Assembly: GCA_937902285.1 (NCBI GenBank)
Contig: CALGTB010000335.1
Location: forward strand, 1-53,237
DNA: 53,237 nt
Origin: an uncultured Actinomycetes bacterium
GTDB taxonomy: Bacteria > Actinomycetota > Actinomycetes > S36-B12
Direction of reading: 5' to 3'
This document shows positions 26,480-35,328 of the stretch, one piece after another. A program made the translations under genes and the position numbers. The notes beneath the pieces are model-generated. The model was not told the origin of the DNA and searched no databases. It saw only the letters and a program-made list of their open reading frames with translations. The first letter of the stretch is position 1, and each line of letters opens with the position of its first letter.

Positions 26480-27670
26480 TCAGCCGCTGTCGGAGCCGCG
26501 GGCCAGGAGTGCCTTGCGGTAGGGGACGAGGTCCGGGGTGCGGTCGATCCCGACGACGCCGACCAGGCCGGAGTCGTCGTGGTACTCGACGACGCAGGGG
26601 CCGTCGACGTCGCCCTGCGCGACGGCGATCCGACTCGCATTGCCGGGCATGCCGAATGACTGCAGCTTGTGGTCGTACTGGTCGGACCAGAAGGAGGGCA
26701 TCGCCGTGAACGGCTCGTCTGACGGAGGCTGCCCGCCGAGCAGTGCGGCCAGGGTCTGCCCGGCCCGACGCCCCGTCTCCGTGGGCATGTTCCAGTGCTC
26801 GATCCGTCGTGGGGGTCCGCCGAACAGCGCGTTCGGATGACGGGCGACATCCCCGACCGCGACGACGGGCGCGAGGTCGGTGCTGACCCGCATGCCGCTG
26901 TCGACCAGGAGCCCGTCCGACAGGTCGAGGCCGTTGCCGTCGAGCCACTCGGTGTTGGCCACCGAGCCGACAGCCTCGATCACCAGGGTCGCAGGCAGCT
27001 CCGTGCCGTCGCTGAGGGAGACGGACTCGACCCGGCCGTCGCCGTTGAACGAGTCGATGGTGCGGCCGAGATGGAAGTGCACGCCGTGCACCTCATGCCG
27101 ATGGCGCATGCCTGCCCCGAGGTCGGCCCCGAGCGGCCGGATCATCGGCTCGTCGTCCAGCGCCACGATCGTCACCTCGGCGCCGAGCGTGCGCGCCGTC
27201 GCGGCTGTCTCGCAGCCGATGAAGCCCGCGCCCATGATGACGACGTGCGCGCCCGCAACCAGTCCCGCGCGCACCTGCTCGGCGTCGTCGGCCGTGCGCA
27301 GGAGGTGCCGCCCGAGCGCCGGCCCCGGGATGGGCAGGCGCCGCGGTCGGATGCCCGAGGCGACGACCAGGCCGTCGAAGGCCAGGACGGCTCCGTCGGA
27401 CAGGGTGACGGTTCGTGCCGCGAGGTCGGACGACACGGCGGAGAGGCCCAGCAGCCAGGTGACGTCATCCAGGGCCGGCCGGCGACGGAACTCCAGCGCG
27501 GCGATGTCGACCCCGCCGGCGAGAGCCTCCTTCGACAGGGGCGGCCTGCTGTAGGGCAGGTGCGGCTCGTCGCCGACGATCGTGATGGGTCCGTCGTAGC
27601 CGGAACCCCTCAACGACTCCGCCGTGCGCAGGCCCCCGAGCCCGGCGCCGATGATGACCGCACCGCCCAT
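26480..27670 (-). CDS. FAD-dependent NAD(P)H:ferredoxin reductase
   Basis: VIIGAGLGG, second dinucleotide fold VIMGAGFIGCE, and reductase C-terminal domain. Directly downstream of a ferredoxin gene. Confidence 0.9.
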   Translation of the reverse strand: MGGAVIIGAGLGGLRTAESLRGSGYDGPITIVGDEPHLPYSRPPLSKEALAGGVDIAALEFRRRPALDDVTWLLGLSAVSSDLAARTVTLSDGAVLAFDGLVVASGIRPRRLPIPGPALGRHLLRTADDAEQVRAGLVAGAHVVIMGAGFIGCETAATARTLGAEVTIVALDDEPMIRPLGADLGAGMRHRHEVHGVHFHLGRTIDSFNGDGRVESVSLSDGTELPATLVIEAVGSVANTEWLDGNGLDLSDGLLVDSGMRVSTDLAPVVAVGDVARHPNALFGGPPRRIEHWNMPTETGRRAGQTLAALLGGQPPSDEPFTAMPSFWSDQYDHKLQSFGMPGNASRIAVAQGDVDGPCVVEYHDDSGLVGVVGIDRTPDLVPYRKALLARGSDSG

Positions 27671-27679
27671 GCCGGCGTC

Positions 27680-27871
27680 CTACTCCACCGTGATGGCCTG
27701 CATGGGGCAGACGTCCGCTGCGCGCTCCGCGTCGGCCCGACGGTCCTCGGCCACGTCGGCCGCCGCGACGCTGATGCTGTCGTCGTCGAGGTGGAACAGG
27801 TCACCGGCCTCGTAGACGCACTGTCCGTAGCCCTGGCAGGTGCTGCGGTCGACGGTGATGCGGACGGTCAT
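27680..27871 (-). CDS. Small 3Fe-4S/4Fe-4S ferredoxin (P450-partner type)
   Basis: 63 aa MTVRITVDRSTCQGYGQCVYEAGDLF...VCPMQAITVE. RBS aaggagag. Confidence 0.85.
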   Translation of the reverse strand: MTVRITVDRSTCQGYGQCVYEAGDLFHLDDDSISVAAADVAEDRRADAERAADVCPMQAITVE

Positions 27872-27903
27872 CGGTCCCTCTCCTTCAGCGGCGGGTGCGG
27901 CGG

Positions 27904-28713
27904 TCAGACGGCCGCGGAGCCGTCCGACAGTAGCGCGCCACCGGCGAAGGTCGTGCCGACCTCGCAGTAGTAGCCGGCGATGATCTCGTCGACGGGGAGC
28001 AGGCTCGCGGGCTCATCCCACGGGGAGTCGAACAGCGTCAGCTCCGCATCGCCCTTCCATGGCTGGCCGAGGTCGAGGTCGACGCCGCCCATCGTCACGA
28101 CCTGGCGCAGGGACATGCCCGCCCCGGGGACGAGCGAGGGCATGTAGCGGTGGTGGACCATCCGGTGCGCGTTGACGAAGCCGTTGGAGTCGGCCGGCTC
28201 GCGCAGGGTCACCTTCGCGGTGGCGAGCCGGTGGTCGTAGGCCGCCAGCGAGGCCCCGAACGTGCCGCCCTCGGCGATCCGCGGAGCGGCGACGCCGCGG
28301 CTGTACGGCCGCGTGACGAAGACGCTGCCCAGCTTCTTCGGATAGCCCTGGAACCAGCCGCGGCCGATCGCGAAGTCGGTCGTCACCCAGATGAGCACGC
28401 AGCGGCTGTAGGTGACGCCCTCGAACTTGGCCCGGACGACGACGAACGCCTCGAGGTACTGCGAGCGTGAGGGGTCGAGCAGCTCGGCGCCTCCCGTCGA
28501 GCAGGACTGCCAGTCCGCCCAGATGAACGCGACCGCACCGGGGTCCTCGTCCGCGAGCTCGAGGTCGGGGGGAAGGATCGCCCGGACGCGCGCCGGGTCG
28601 GTGCGGTACTCGACCGTGAGCAGCGTCCCGGAGTAGTGCCACGGCATGTCCGGCACCAGCGCCGTGCGCCCGGTGTCGGTATACGGAGGCAGGAAACCCT
28701 GCGAGCTCGCCAT
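27904..28713 (-). CDS. Acetoacetate decarboxylase (ADC) family protein
   Basis: PWHYSGTLLTVEYRTD..., length about 269 aa and overall pattern typical of ADC/MppR-like beta-cone proteins. Confidence 0.7.
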   Translation of the reverse strand: MASSQGFLPPYTDTGRTALVPDMPWHYSGTLLTVEYRTDPARVRAILPPDLELADEDPGAVAFIWADWQSCSTGGAELLDPSRSQYLEAFVVVRAKFEGVTYSRCVLIWVTTDFAIGRGWFQGYPKKLGSVFVTRPYSRGVAAPRIAEGGTFGASLAAYDHRLATAKVTLREPADSNGFVNAHRMVHHRYMPSLVPGAGMSLRQVVTMGGVDLDLGQPWKGDAELTLFDSPWDEPASLLPVDEIIAGYYCEVGTTFAGGALLSDGSAAV

Positions 28714-28715
28714 GC

Positions 28716-29594
28716 CTACTCCTTCTCCTCGACCGTGGAGGGGTACAGGTCCTTCGAGGGAGTGCGGATCCCGCGGAACTCCCAGTCGCCGCCCATCGCC
28801 GTGGAGATGACCTCCTCGCTCTCGGTGGGCTGCGCGCCGCAGTCGTCGCGGATGGGCACGGGGCCCTCGACGATCGTGTTGCTGAGGGTGCCGAGCCCCT
28901 CGACCTCCACCTCGACGACGTCTCCCGGGTAGACGGTGCGGGAGAACGCAGGCGTGCCCGAGAAGAGGATGTCGCCGGGGACCAGTGTGATGGTGCGGGC
29001 GATGTCAGCGACGAGGTAGTGCATGTCCCACTCCATCTCGGCCGTGGTCGAGTCCTGCCTCACCACCCCGTTGACCCTCGTCTGGATGCCCTTGTCGTGG
29101 AAGTCCCAGCCGGTCACGAGTCCCGGTCCGATCGGGGCGAGGGTGTCGGATCCCTTGACCCGCAGCATGGACCCCGCGTCGGTGTCCCGGAAGTCATGAA
29201 GGCCGTAGTCGTTGCCGACGGTGTAGCCGGCGATGTAGTCGCCGGCCTGCTCTGGCGACACGTTGCGGCAGGTCCGCCCGATGACGATGACGATCTCGCC
29301 CTCGTAGTTGAGCCACTTGCACCGCTCCGGTCGCACGACGGCGCCCTTGTGCGAGTTCAGCGCCGTGATCGGCTTGTGGAAGTAGGTGGGCGCCGACGGC
29401 AGCCTCGTCATGAACTCCTGGGTGCGCGAGTCGTAGTTCAGGTGCACCGCGATGATCTTGGTCGGCTCGCACGGGGGCAGGTGGATCGCCTCGTCGACGC
29501 CGACGACCCGGCCATCGGCCGCGACCAGCTCGTCGCCGTGCCGGACCGTCTCGACGGGGGCGCCGTCGAGGAGGATGCGGCGGTACTCGGTCAT
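28716..29594 (-). CDS. Fumarylacetoacetate hydrolase (FAH) family enzyme (HpaG-type decarboxylase/isomerase-like)
   Basis: KIIAVHLNYDS, NYEGEIVIVIG, GYTVGNDYGLHDF, PGDILFSGTP. Confidence 0.85.
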   Translation of the reverse strand: MTEYRRILLDGAPVETVRHGDELVAADGRVVGVDEAIHLPPCEPTKIIAVHLNYDSRTQEFMTRLPSAPTYFHKPITALNSHKGAVVRPERCKWLNYEGEIVIVIGRTCRNVSPEQAGDYIAGYTVGNDYGLHDFRDTDAGSMLRVKGSDTLAPIGPGLVTGWDFHDKGIQTRVNGVVRQDSTTAEMEWDMHYLVADIARTITLVPGDILFSGTPAFSRTVYPGDVVEVEVEGLGTLSNTIVEGPVPIRDDCGAQPTESEEVISTAMGGDWEFRGIRTPSKDLYPSTVEEKE

Positions 29595-30496
29595 GCGGCG
29601 GCACCCTTCCTCGTCCAGCCCGACTCGGGTCGGTCGAACCACACGTGCACCTGGCTGGTGCCAATGGAGTTCTCGTAGTCGGAGATCTGTCGACCGGGGG
29701 CGGCGAAGTCGGTCTCGCCCAGCGCTGCGGCCATCATCAAGTAGTGGGCGAACTTGCCCTCGGGGCGGACGGTCAGGAACTCATCCATCGTCTCGAGCAC
29801 CCGGTCATGACGACCGTCGGCGAACCAGGCGAGGCGCTCGTGGTCCATGTCGCGGGCCTTGTCGCTGAACAGGTACGCGGGGTCCGACCGCTCGACCGCC
29901 GGGTTCGTGCGGATCTCCCGCAGTGGGTAGAAGGTGTGGGAGAGAGAGCCGGTCGCCAGGATGATCACCTTGCGATCGACGTCGGCGATCGCCTTGCCGA
30001 TCGCTCGACCCACCCGCAGGTAGTCCTCGGTGTCGGCGGTCTGGCACACGCTCATCGACAGCCACTGCTTGTCGAGACCCTTGCCGAGGTACGACCACAG
30101 GTTGATCGACGGGTAGTAGAGGGGCAGGTACTCGTCGTCGATCGGCGTGATCCACGTGCCGACCTCGTCGGCATGGGAGGCGATCGCCTGGGCGAACTCG
30201 GGGTCGCCCCGCCACTCGTAGGGGATGCGGCACATGCCACGCGGGAGCTCCTCCGCAGTGAACAGGCCGGCGCGGCGGGCATGGGACGTGACGATGAACT
30301 CCACGGTGGTGAACCAGTGCGAGTCGAGCACGATCACGGTGTCGTAGTCCATCGTCTCGAAGACGTCGGCGCGCAGCTTGTTCAGCGCGGTGACCAGGGA
30401 CAGCTCCTTGCCCTCGTTGATCTCGCGGCGCGTGGCCTCGGGCAGCATGATGGTCGGGACGTGCGAGAGCAGCCCGGCCGCGACGAATTCACCCAT
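29591..30496 (-). CDS. Class III (LigB-type) extradiol ring-cleavage dioxygenase, HpaD/HpcB-like
   Basis: LSHVPTIM, TVIVLDSHW, ELPRGM, GSLSHTF parallel E. coli homoprotocatechuate 2,3-dioxygenase HpcB. Its stop overlaps the FAH start (ATGA). Confidence 0.8.
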   Translation of the reverse strand: MGEFVAAGLLSHVPTIMLPEATRREINEGKELSLVTALNKLRADVFETMDYDTVIVLDSHWFTTVEFIVTSHARRAGLFTAEELPRGMCRIPYEWRGDPEFAQAIASHADEVGTWITPIDDEYLPLYYPSINLWSYLGKGLDKQWLSMSVCQTADTEDYLRVGRAIGKAIADVDRKVIILATGSLSHTFYPLREIRTNPAVERSDPAYLFSDKARDMDHERLAWFADGRHDRVLETMDEFLTVRPEGKFAHYLMMAAALGETDFAAPGRQISDYENSIGTSQVHVWFDRPESGWTRKGAAA

Positions 30497-30498
30497 TG

Positions 30499-31962
30499 CT
30501 AGTCCTTCCAACCGTTCGGTGCGAACACCGTGTTCTTGACATCTGCGTAGAAGTCGAACGACCAGACCCCGCCCTCGCGTCCGATGCCGGACTTCTTGGA
30601 CCCGCCGAAGGGCGCTGAGAGGTCGCGCACGAAGAAGCAGTTGACCCAGATGGTGCCCGCGACGAGGTCCTTGGTGAAGGCCTCGGCTCGCGCCCGGTCA
30701 CCGGAGACGACGCAGGCTGCCAGGCCGAACTCGGTTCCGTTGGCCAGTGCCAGCCCCTCCTCGTCGGTGTCGAACGTCTGCATCGTGAGCACCGGTCCGA
30801 ACACCTCCTCGGTGAGGATCTCGCTGCCCGGCGCGGCATCGACCACGAGCGTTGGCTCGAAATAGTGGGTGCCCAGAGCGGTGTTGACGCCGCCGCCGTA
30901 CGCGATCGTGGCGCCGTCGGCCTTGGCCCGGTCGACGAACCCCTGCACGCGCTCGATGTGCTTGAGGTGGATGTTGGGGCCGATCTGCGTGTCCTCGTCG
31001 CGGGGGTCGCCCTGCCGGATCTGGGTGGCCCGCGCGCGGAAGCGCTCGGTGAAGGCGTCGGCGATCCCCCGCTGGACGAGCAGGCGTGTCCCGGCCAGGC
31101 AGACCTGCCCTGCGTTGTCGTACTGCTCGACGGCGAGGTCGACGGCGAGGTCGAGATCGGCGTCGTCGAGGATCACCGTCGGGCTCTTGCCGCCCAGTTC
31201 GAAGGAGCAGGGGATGAGGTTCTCGGCGGCCGCGCGGGCGATGACCTTCGCCGTGGGCACCGATCCCGTGAAGCAGATGCGTGACACATCCGGATTCGAG
31301 GTGAGCGGGGCACCCGCCTCCGTGCCGAGGCCCTGGACGACGTTGAAGACGCCGGCGGGCAGGCCTGCCTCGTGGGCGAGGTCGGCGAAGTAGGACGCGG
31401 TGAGGGGGGCCCACTCCGGCGGCTTGAGGACCACGGTGTCACCGGATGCGAGAGCCGGCCCGATGCGCCACGTCGCGAGCATGAGCGGTGCATTCCAGGG
31501 GGTGATGATCACGGCCACCCCCGACGGATCCCAGGACACGTGGTTGGTGTGGCCGCGGGTCTCGAAGACCGGATGGCTCAGCCGGTTCATCGCGTAGTCG
31601 GCGAAGAAGCGGATGTTCATGGCAACCCTCGGCATCACTCCTCGGCGATGCGATCGCAGCAGGGAGCCGTTGTCGAGGGTCTCGATCTGGGCCAGCTCCT
31701 CGACATGGGCCTCGACGGAGTCCGCCAGGCGGAGCAGGATCTCACCGCGCTCCTGCGGGCTCATGGCGGCCCACGCCGGGAACGCGGCTCGAGCGGCCGC
31801 GACCGCGGCGTCAGCCTCGGCCCGCCCGCCGCGGGCGACCTGGCCGAGGACCCGTCCGTCGACGGGGGACACGTCGTCGAAGGTCTCGGGGGACGCAATG
31901 CGCTGGCCGCCGATCCAGTGCCGGGTGTCGACGTCGACACCGGCGATGCTGATCGTTGTCAT
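30499..31962 (-). CDS. Aldehyde dehydrogenase (ring-fission semialdehyde dehydrogenase, HpaE-like)
   Basis: ITPWNAPLMLATWRIGPALASGDTVVLKPPE, FTGSVPTAK, ELGGKSP, GQVCLAGTR. Lies 2 nt upstream of the dioxygenase gene. Confidence 0.85.
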   Translation of the reverse strand: MTTISIAGVDVDTRHWIGGQRIASPETFDDVSPVDGRVLGQVARGGRAEADAAVAAARAAFPAWAAMSPQERGEILLRLADSVEAHVEELAQIETLDNGSLLRSHRRGVMPRVAMNIRFFADYAMNRLSHPVFETRGHTNHVSWDPSGVAVIITPWNAPLMLATWRIGPALASGDTVVLKPPEWAPLTASYFADLAHEAGLPAGVFNVVQGLGTEAGAPLTSNPDVSRICFTGSVPTAKVIARAAAENLIPCSFELGGKSPTVILDDADLDLAVDLAVEQYDNAGQVCLAGTRLLVQRGIADAFTERFRARATQIRQGDPRDEDTQIGPNIHLKHIERVQGFVDRAKADGATIAYGGGVNTALGTHYFEPTLVVDAAPGSEILTEEVFGPVLTMQTFDTDEEGLALANGTEFGLAACVVSGDRARAEAFTKDLVAGTIWVNCFFVRDLSAPFGGSKKSGIGREGGVWSFDFYADVKNTVFAPNGWKD

Positions 31963-32000
31963 GAGGCTCCTACGAGGCACGTGGTCGCGCCATCCTAGGT

Positions 32001-32016
32001 CGTTCGGAACCAAACG
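32001..32016. promoter_or_regulatory. 16-bp palindromic operator candidate, site 1 of 4
   Basis: CGTTCGGAACCAAACG in the divergent region between the hpaE-like (-) and PuuD-like (+) genes. Confidence 0.55.
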
Positions 32017-32064
32017 GAAAGCGGATTGACGGGCAATAGTGCATCCTTCTGGCAAGGAGGAAAC

Positions 32065-32757
32065 GTGTCCCGTCCCGTCATCGCCATTCCCGGCAGGTTC
32101 ACCGAGTCGGCGAGCGCCCTGCGCTATCGCGGCCTCGTCGCCGCGCGCAAGCTTCTCGAGGCCGTGTGGGCCGCAGGGGGCGACCCGCACGTCCTGCTTC
32201 CGGCCCCCGGTCCGGACGGCGTCGACTGGGAGGCCCGCCTGAGGGGGGTGGACGGCGTCCTCCTGCCCGGTGGCGGTGACGTCGACCCCCGGCGCTACGG
32301 AGGCGACTCGACGCACGTGTCGCTCTACGACGTCGACGAGGTCCAGGACGAGGTCGACTTCACGCTGGCCGCGTACGCGCTCGAGCACGGGCTCCCGACC
32401 CTCGCCGTCTGCCGCGGACTGCACGTGGTGAACGCGCTGCTCGGCGGCACCCTCGTCATCGACATGGACGTGAACCACCGCCATCACGTGCACACGGTGG
32501 ACATCCACGACCCCGACGACCACCTCGGTCTGGGGAACGTGCCGGTCGCCTGCTCCTGCTACCACCACCAGGCCGTCGACCGGGTCGCGGACGGCATCAC
32601 CGTCCTGGGCCGGGCGGAGGACGGCGTCGTCGAGGCGGTCTCCATCGCGTCGACGGGCTGGGCGGCAGGGGTGCAGTGGCACCCGGAGGACACGTACGAC
32701 CTGGATCCGGCCCAGCTCCTGCCGTTCCGCCGCCTCGTCGCGGAGGCCTCCGCCTAG
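32065..32757 (+). CDS. Gamma-glutamyl-gamma-aminobutyrate hydrolase family (peptidase C26, PuuD-like)
   Basis: GTG follows aaggagg. LLPGGGDVDP, LAVCRGLHVVN (Cys nucleophile), GVQWHPE. Confidence 0.85.
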   Translation: MSRPVIAIPGRFTESASALRYRGLVAARKLLEAVWAAGGDPHVLLPAPGPDGVDWEARLRGVDGVLLPGGGDVDPRRYGGDSTHVSLYDVDEVQDEVDFTLAAYALEHGLPTLAVCRGLHVVNALLGGTLVIDMDVNHRHHVHTVDIHDPDDHLGLGNVPVACSCYHHQAVDRVADGITVLGRAEDGVVEAVSIASTGWAAGVQWHPEDTYDLDPAQLLPFRRLVAEASA

Positions 32758-33257
32758 GAGCCGTCGTCGCTCACGGCGAGCACCATGAGGCGGAGCAGCT
32801 CGGCGGTGTCCTCCTTGGTGCCCGCAGGGAGCAGCCGGGTGGCCAGGGTCTCCTCGGCGTTGATGCGCGGGAAGAGACGCATGATCAGGCGCCTGCCCTT
32901 CGACGTGAGCTCGACCAGCACAAGCCGCCCGTCGTCCTCGCTCCGGCTGCGCACGACCAGTCCGCGCTTCTCCAGGGTGGTCAGCACCCCGCTGAGGGTC
33001 GCCTTCGAGACGCCCGTCTCGTCGGCGATGACCCGCGTCTCGGCGCTTCCCCAGATCCAGGTGACCCACAGCACGACGAAGGCCGTCCACGTGAGGTCCG
33101 CCGGCGTCAGGACGTTGCGCTCCATGTGGTTGCGGACGGCATTGGCGGCCCGGAACAGGTTGGACACGACGTGCAGGGACTCGATGTCGAGCTCGAGCCC
33201 GGCGATGCGCGACTCGGCCGCCCGCTCGGTCTCGGCGAGTGTGTGCGGTCCCGCCAT
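32754..33257 (-). CDS. MarR-family transcriptional regulator
   Basis: wHTH TRVIADETGVSKATLSGVLTTLEKRGLVVRSRSEDDGRLVLVELTSKG. Its stop shares CTAG with the convergent PuuD-like stop. Confidence 0.85.
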   Translation of the reverse strand: MAGPHTLAETERAAESRIAGLELDIESLHVVSNLFRAANAVRNHMERNVLTPADLTWTAFVVLWVTWIWGSAETRVIADETGVSKATLSGVLTTLEKRGLVVRSRSEDDGRLVLVELTSKGRRLIMRLFPRINAEETLATRLLPAGTKEDTAELLRLMVLAVSDDGS

Positions 33258-33323
33258 CTCATCCCCCTCGTTGCCTCGATGCACAGTAGACGATCAGGCG
33301 GATGGACCCGCGAGCCGTGCTGG

Positions 33324-34334
33324 TCAGGCGCCCTCGGCGGTGAGGAGAGCCGACACGATCTCGCGGATCTTCAACCCGACGGCATCGGCGTTGACGTTGA
33401 CCTCGGGACCCGGGCCGTCGATCTCCAGGACCTCCTGGGCGATCTCCATCGCGTCGATGACCCGGTCGTAGTAGTCGGTGAAGATCCCGTCGAGGTACTG
33501 GTCGACGGCGCGGTTGCCGAGGGCGAAGTCGCGGCTCACCGCCCACAGCAGCCGGCTGCTCGACTCGTCGATCGGCGTCACGAGGTGCGTGAAGCGCAGG
33601 CGCACCCACGTCCCGTCCTCCGCCTGGGCGTCCCAGTGGTCGACCCAGACAGCCGGTGACGGGAAGAAGCCGGACTGCTCGGTGCGGTACGGGGTGTCGA
33701 GGGGGGAGCCGACGATCTCGGCCTGCCACGCGGGCAGAGGTGCGGGCGGGAAGTCGCGGTGCAGGGACACCGACGTCTCGCTCACGACCACGTCGAGCGG
33801 AGGCGGCGTCGCCCCCAGGACCGCGGGAGCGATCTCCGGCGCGATGAACGGCACCTGGGTGACGTCGGCGAAGTTCTCATGCAGCAGCAGGAACGAGGCG
33901 AGCACATCCTCCTCGCCCGACACCGTCGACCAGCCGGCATCGGCGAGCCAGGGCAGATCCGGGATGCGGTGCAACGCCGAGCGGCCCGGCTCGCCCAGCC
34001 ACACCCACACCAGGCCGTCGGCCTCGCGGGTCGGGTAGGACGCCACCGCCGCCCCATAGGGGACGTTCGGCTGGCTCGGCACGCTCACGCAGCGGCCGTC
34101 GGTGCCGTATACGAAGCCGCAGAGCCCGCACTGCACGGTGTCACCGATCAGCGCTCCGGAGCTGAGCGGGTAGGCGCGGTGGGCGCAGCGGTCCTCGAGG
34201 GCGACCACGTCGCCCGCCCCCGTGCGGTAGAGCACCACCGGGAGTCCGGCGGCGCGCACGGGGAGGAGGTCGCGGTCGACCTCGCTCGAGGCGGCCGGGG
34301 CGTACCAGCAGTCGGTGGGCATCGATCGAGTCAT
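33324..34334 (-). CDS. Rieske-domain, phthalate-family (VanA-like) oxygenase homologue with non-canonical metal ligands
   Basis: Rieske region RCAHRAYPL-x-VQCGLCGF (C-x-H...C-x2-C, nt 34119-34187). Catalytic-domain motif reads ENFADVTQVPFIA (nt 33840-33878) where D-x2-H-x4-H is expected. Confidence 0.8.
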   Translation of the reverse strand: MTRSMPTDCWYAPAASSEVDRDLLPVRAAGLPVVLYRTGAGDVVALEDRCAHRAYPLSSGALIGDTVQCGLCGFVYGTDGRCVSVPSQPNVPYGAAVASYPTREADGLVWVWLGEPGRSALHRIPDLPWLADAGWSTVSGEEDVLASFLLLHENFADVTQVPFIAPEIAPAVLGATPPPLDVVVSETSVSLHRDFPPAPLPAWQAEIVGSPLDTPYRTEQSGFFPSPAVWVDHWDAQAEDGTWVRLRFTHLVTPIDESSSRLLWAVSRDFALGNRAVDQYLDGIFTDYYDRVIDAMEIAQEVLEIDGPGPEVNVNADAVGLKIREIVSALLTAEGA

Positions 34335-34347
34335 GTCACGTCCCCAG

Positions 34348-35325
34348 TCACAGGTCGAGGGTGATGCTTCCGGACCTGCACCGCGAGACGCAGATCATCA
34401 TGGTCTCGTTGCTGGCCTGCTCCTCAGCGTTCAGGACCGAGTCGCGGTGGTCGACCTCGCCCTCGACGTCGATGATCACGGTCTCGCAGGTGCCGCAGAT
34501 GCCCTCGTGGCACGACCCGAGGACGCTGACGCCGTTGTCCTCGGCTGCGCGGAAGATCGTCTTGTCGTCCGGGACCGTGATCGTGATTCCCGTGCGGGCC
34601 AGGACGACCTGGAACTCCGAGTCAACGGCGCCCTCGGTGGCCTTCGCCGCGAACCGCTCCAGGTGCAGCGACCCGGACGGCCACGTGGCGCAGCGCGCCT
34701 CGACCGCACCGAGCAGGCCCTCGGGTCCGCACGTGTAGACGAGGGTGTCCGGCCGTGGGGTGCCGATGCGCTCGTCGAGGGCGGCCGACATCAGGGCCAC
34801 GTCGTTGCCCGGCAGCAGGGTGACGCGTTCGCCGTAGGCTCGCAGCACGTCGATGTAGGCCATGGAGGCCTCACTGCGCCCGCCATACAGAAGGGTCCAG
34901 TCCGCACCGGCGGCCTCTGCCTCGGCGATCATGGGGATCATCGGCGTGATGCCGATGCCACCGGCGATGAACACGTAGCGGGGCGAGGCGACAAGGGGGA
35001 AGTGGTTGCGCGGCCCGCGGATCCGGATGGTGCTGCCGACCGACACCTTCTCGTGCACGAAGGCCGAGCCGCCCCGGCTGTTGGGGGCGTTGAGGATGCC
35101 CACCGTGAAGCGGTGCGCATCCGCGGGCGAGCTGCACAGCGAGTACTGACGGGTGATCTCGGGCGTCAGCACGAGGTCGATGTGGGCGCCGGGCGTCCAG
35201 GCAGGCAGCGCCTGGCCGTCGGGATTGACGAGGGTCAGCGCGACGACGTCCTCGGCGACGACGTCGTACGACTCGACGACGAGGTCGCTCTCGTACTCCC
35301 TGAGCCGGGTCTCGGTCTCTGTCAT
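34348..35325 (-). CDS. PDR/VanB-family reductase (flavin + NAD + plant-type 2Fe-2S ferredoxin domains)
   Basis: RQYSLCS flavin motif, FIAGGIGITP NAD motif, and C-terminal CHEGICGTC...C 2Fe-2S motif. Confidence 0.9.
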   Translation of the reverse strand: MTETETRLREYESDLVVESYDVVAEDVVALTLVNPDGQALPAWTPGAHIDLVLTPEITRQYSLCSSPADAHRFTVGILNAPNSRGGSAFVHEKVSVGSTIRIRGPRNHFPLVASPRYVFIAGGIGITPMIPMIAEAEAAGADWTLLYGGRSEASMAYIDVLRAYGERVTLLPGNDVALMSAALDERIGTPRPDTLVYTCGPEGLLGAVEARCATWPSGSLHLERFAAKATEGAVDSEFQVVLARTGITITVPDDKTIFRAAEDNGVSVLGSCHEGICGTCETVIIDVEGEVDHRDSVLNAEEQASNETMMICVSRCRSGSITLDL

Positions 35326-35328
35326 CGG

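Noticed and set aside
21060-26850. Very long N-terminal extensions in the ORF track (914-, 969- and 859-aa ORFs)
   Set aside because: In each case the recognisable domain begins at an internal ATG/GTG that abuts or overlaps the stop of the preceding gene. The extensions overlap the neighbouring real genes out of frame. The genes were trimmed to 21060-22703, 22700-24247 and 24271-25692.
30513-30526. cgttcggtgcgaac, resembling the CGTTCGG-N2-CCGAACG operator
   Set aside because: Only 5-bp arms with a 3-nt spacer. It lies inside the 3' end of the hpaE-like coding sequence (it encodes PNGWKD) and does not fit the 7-2-7 geometry of the four intergenic sites.
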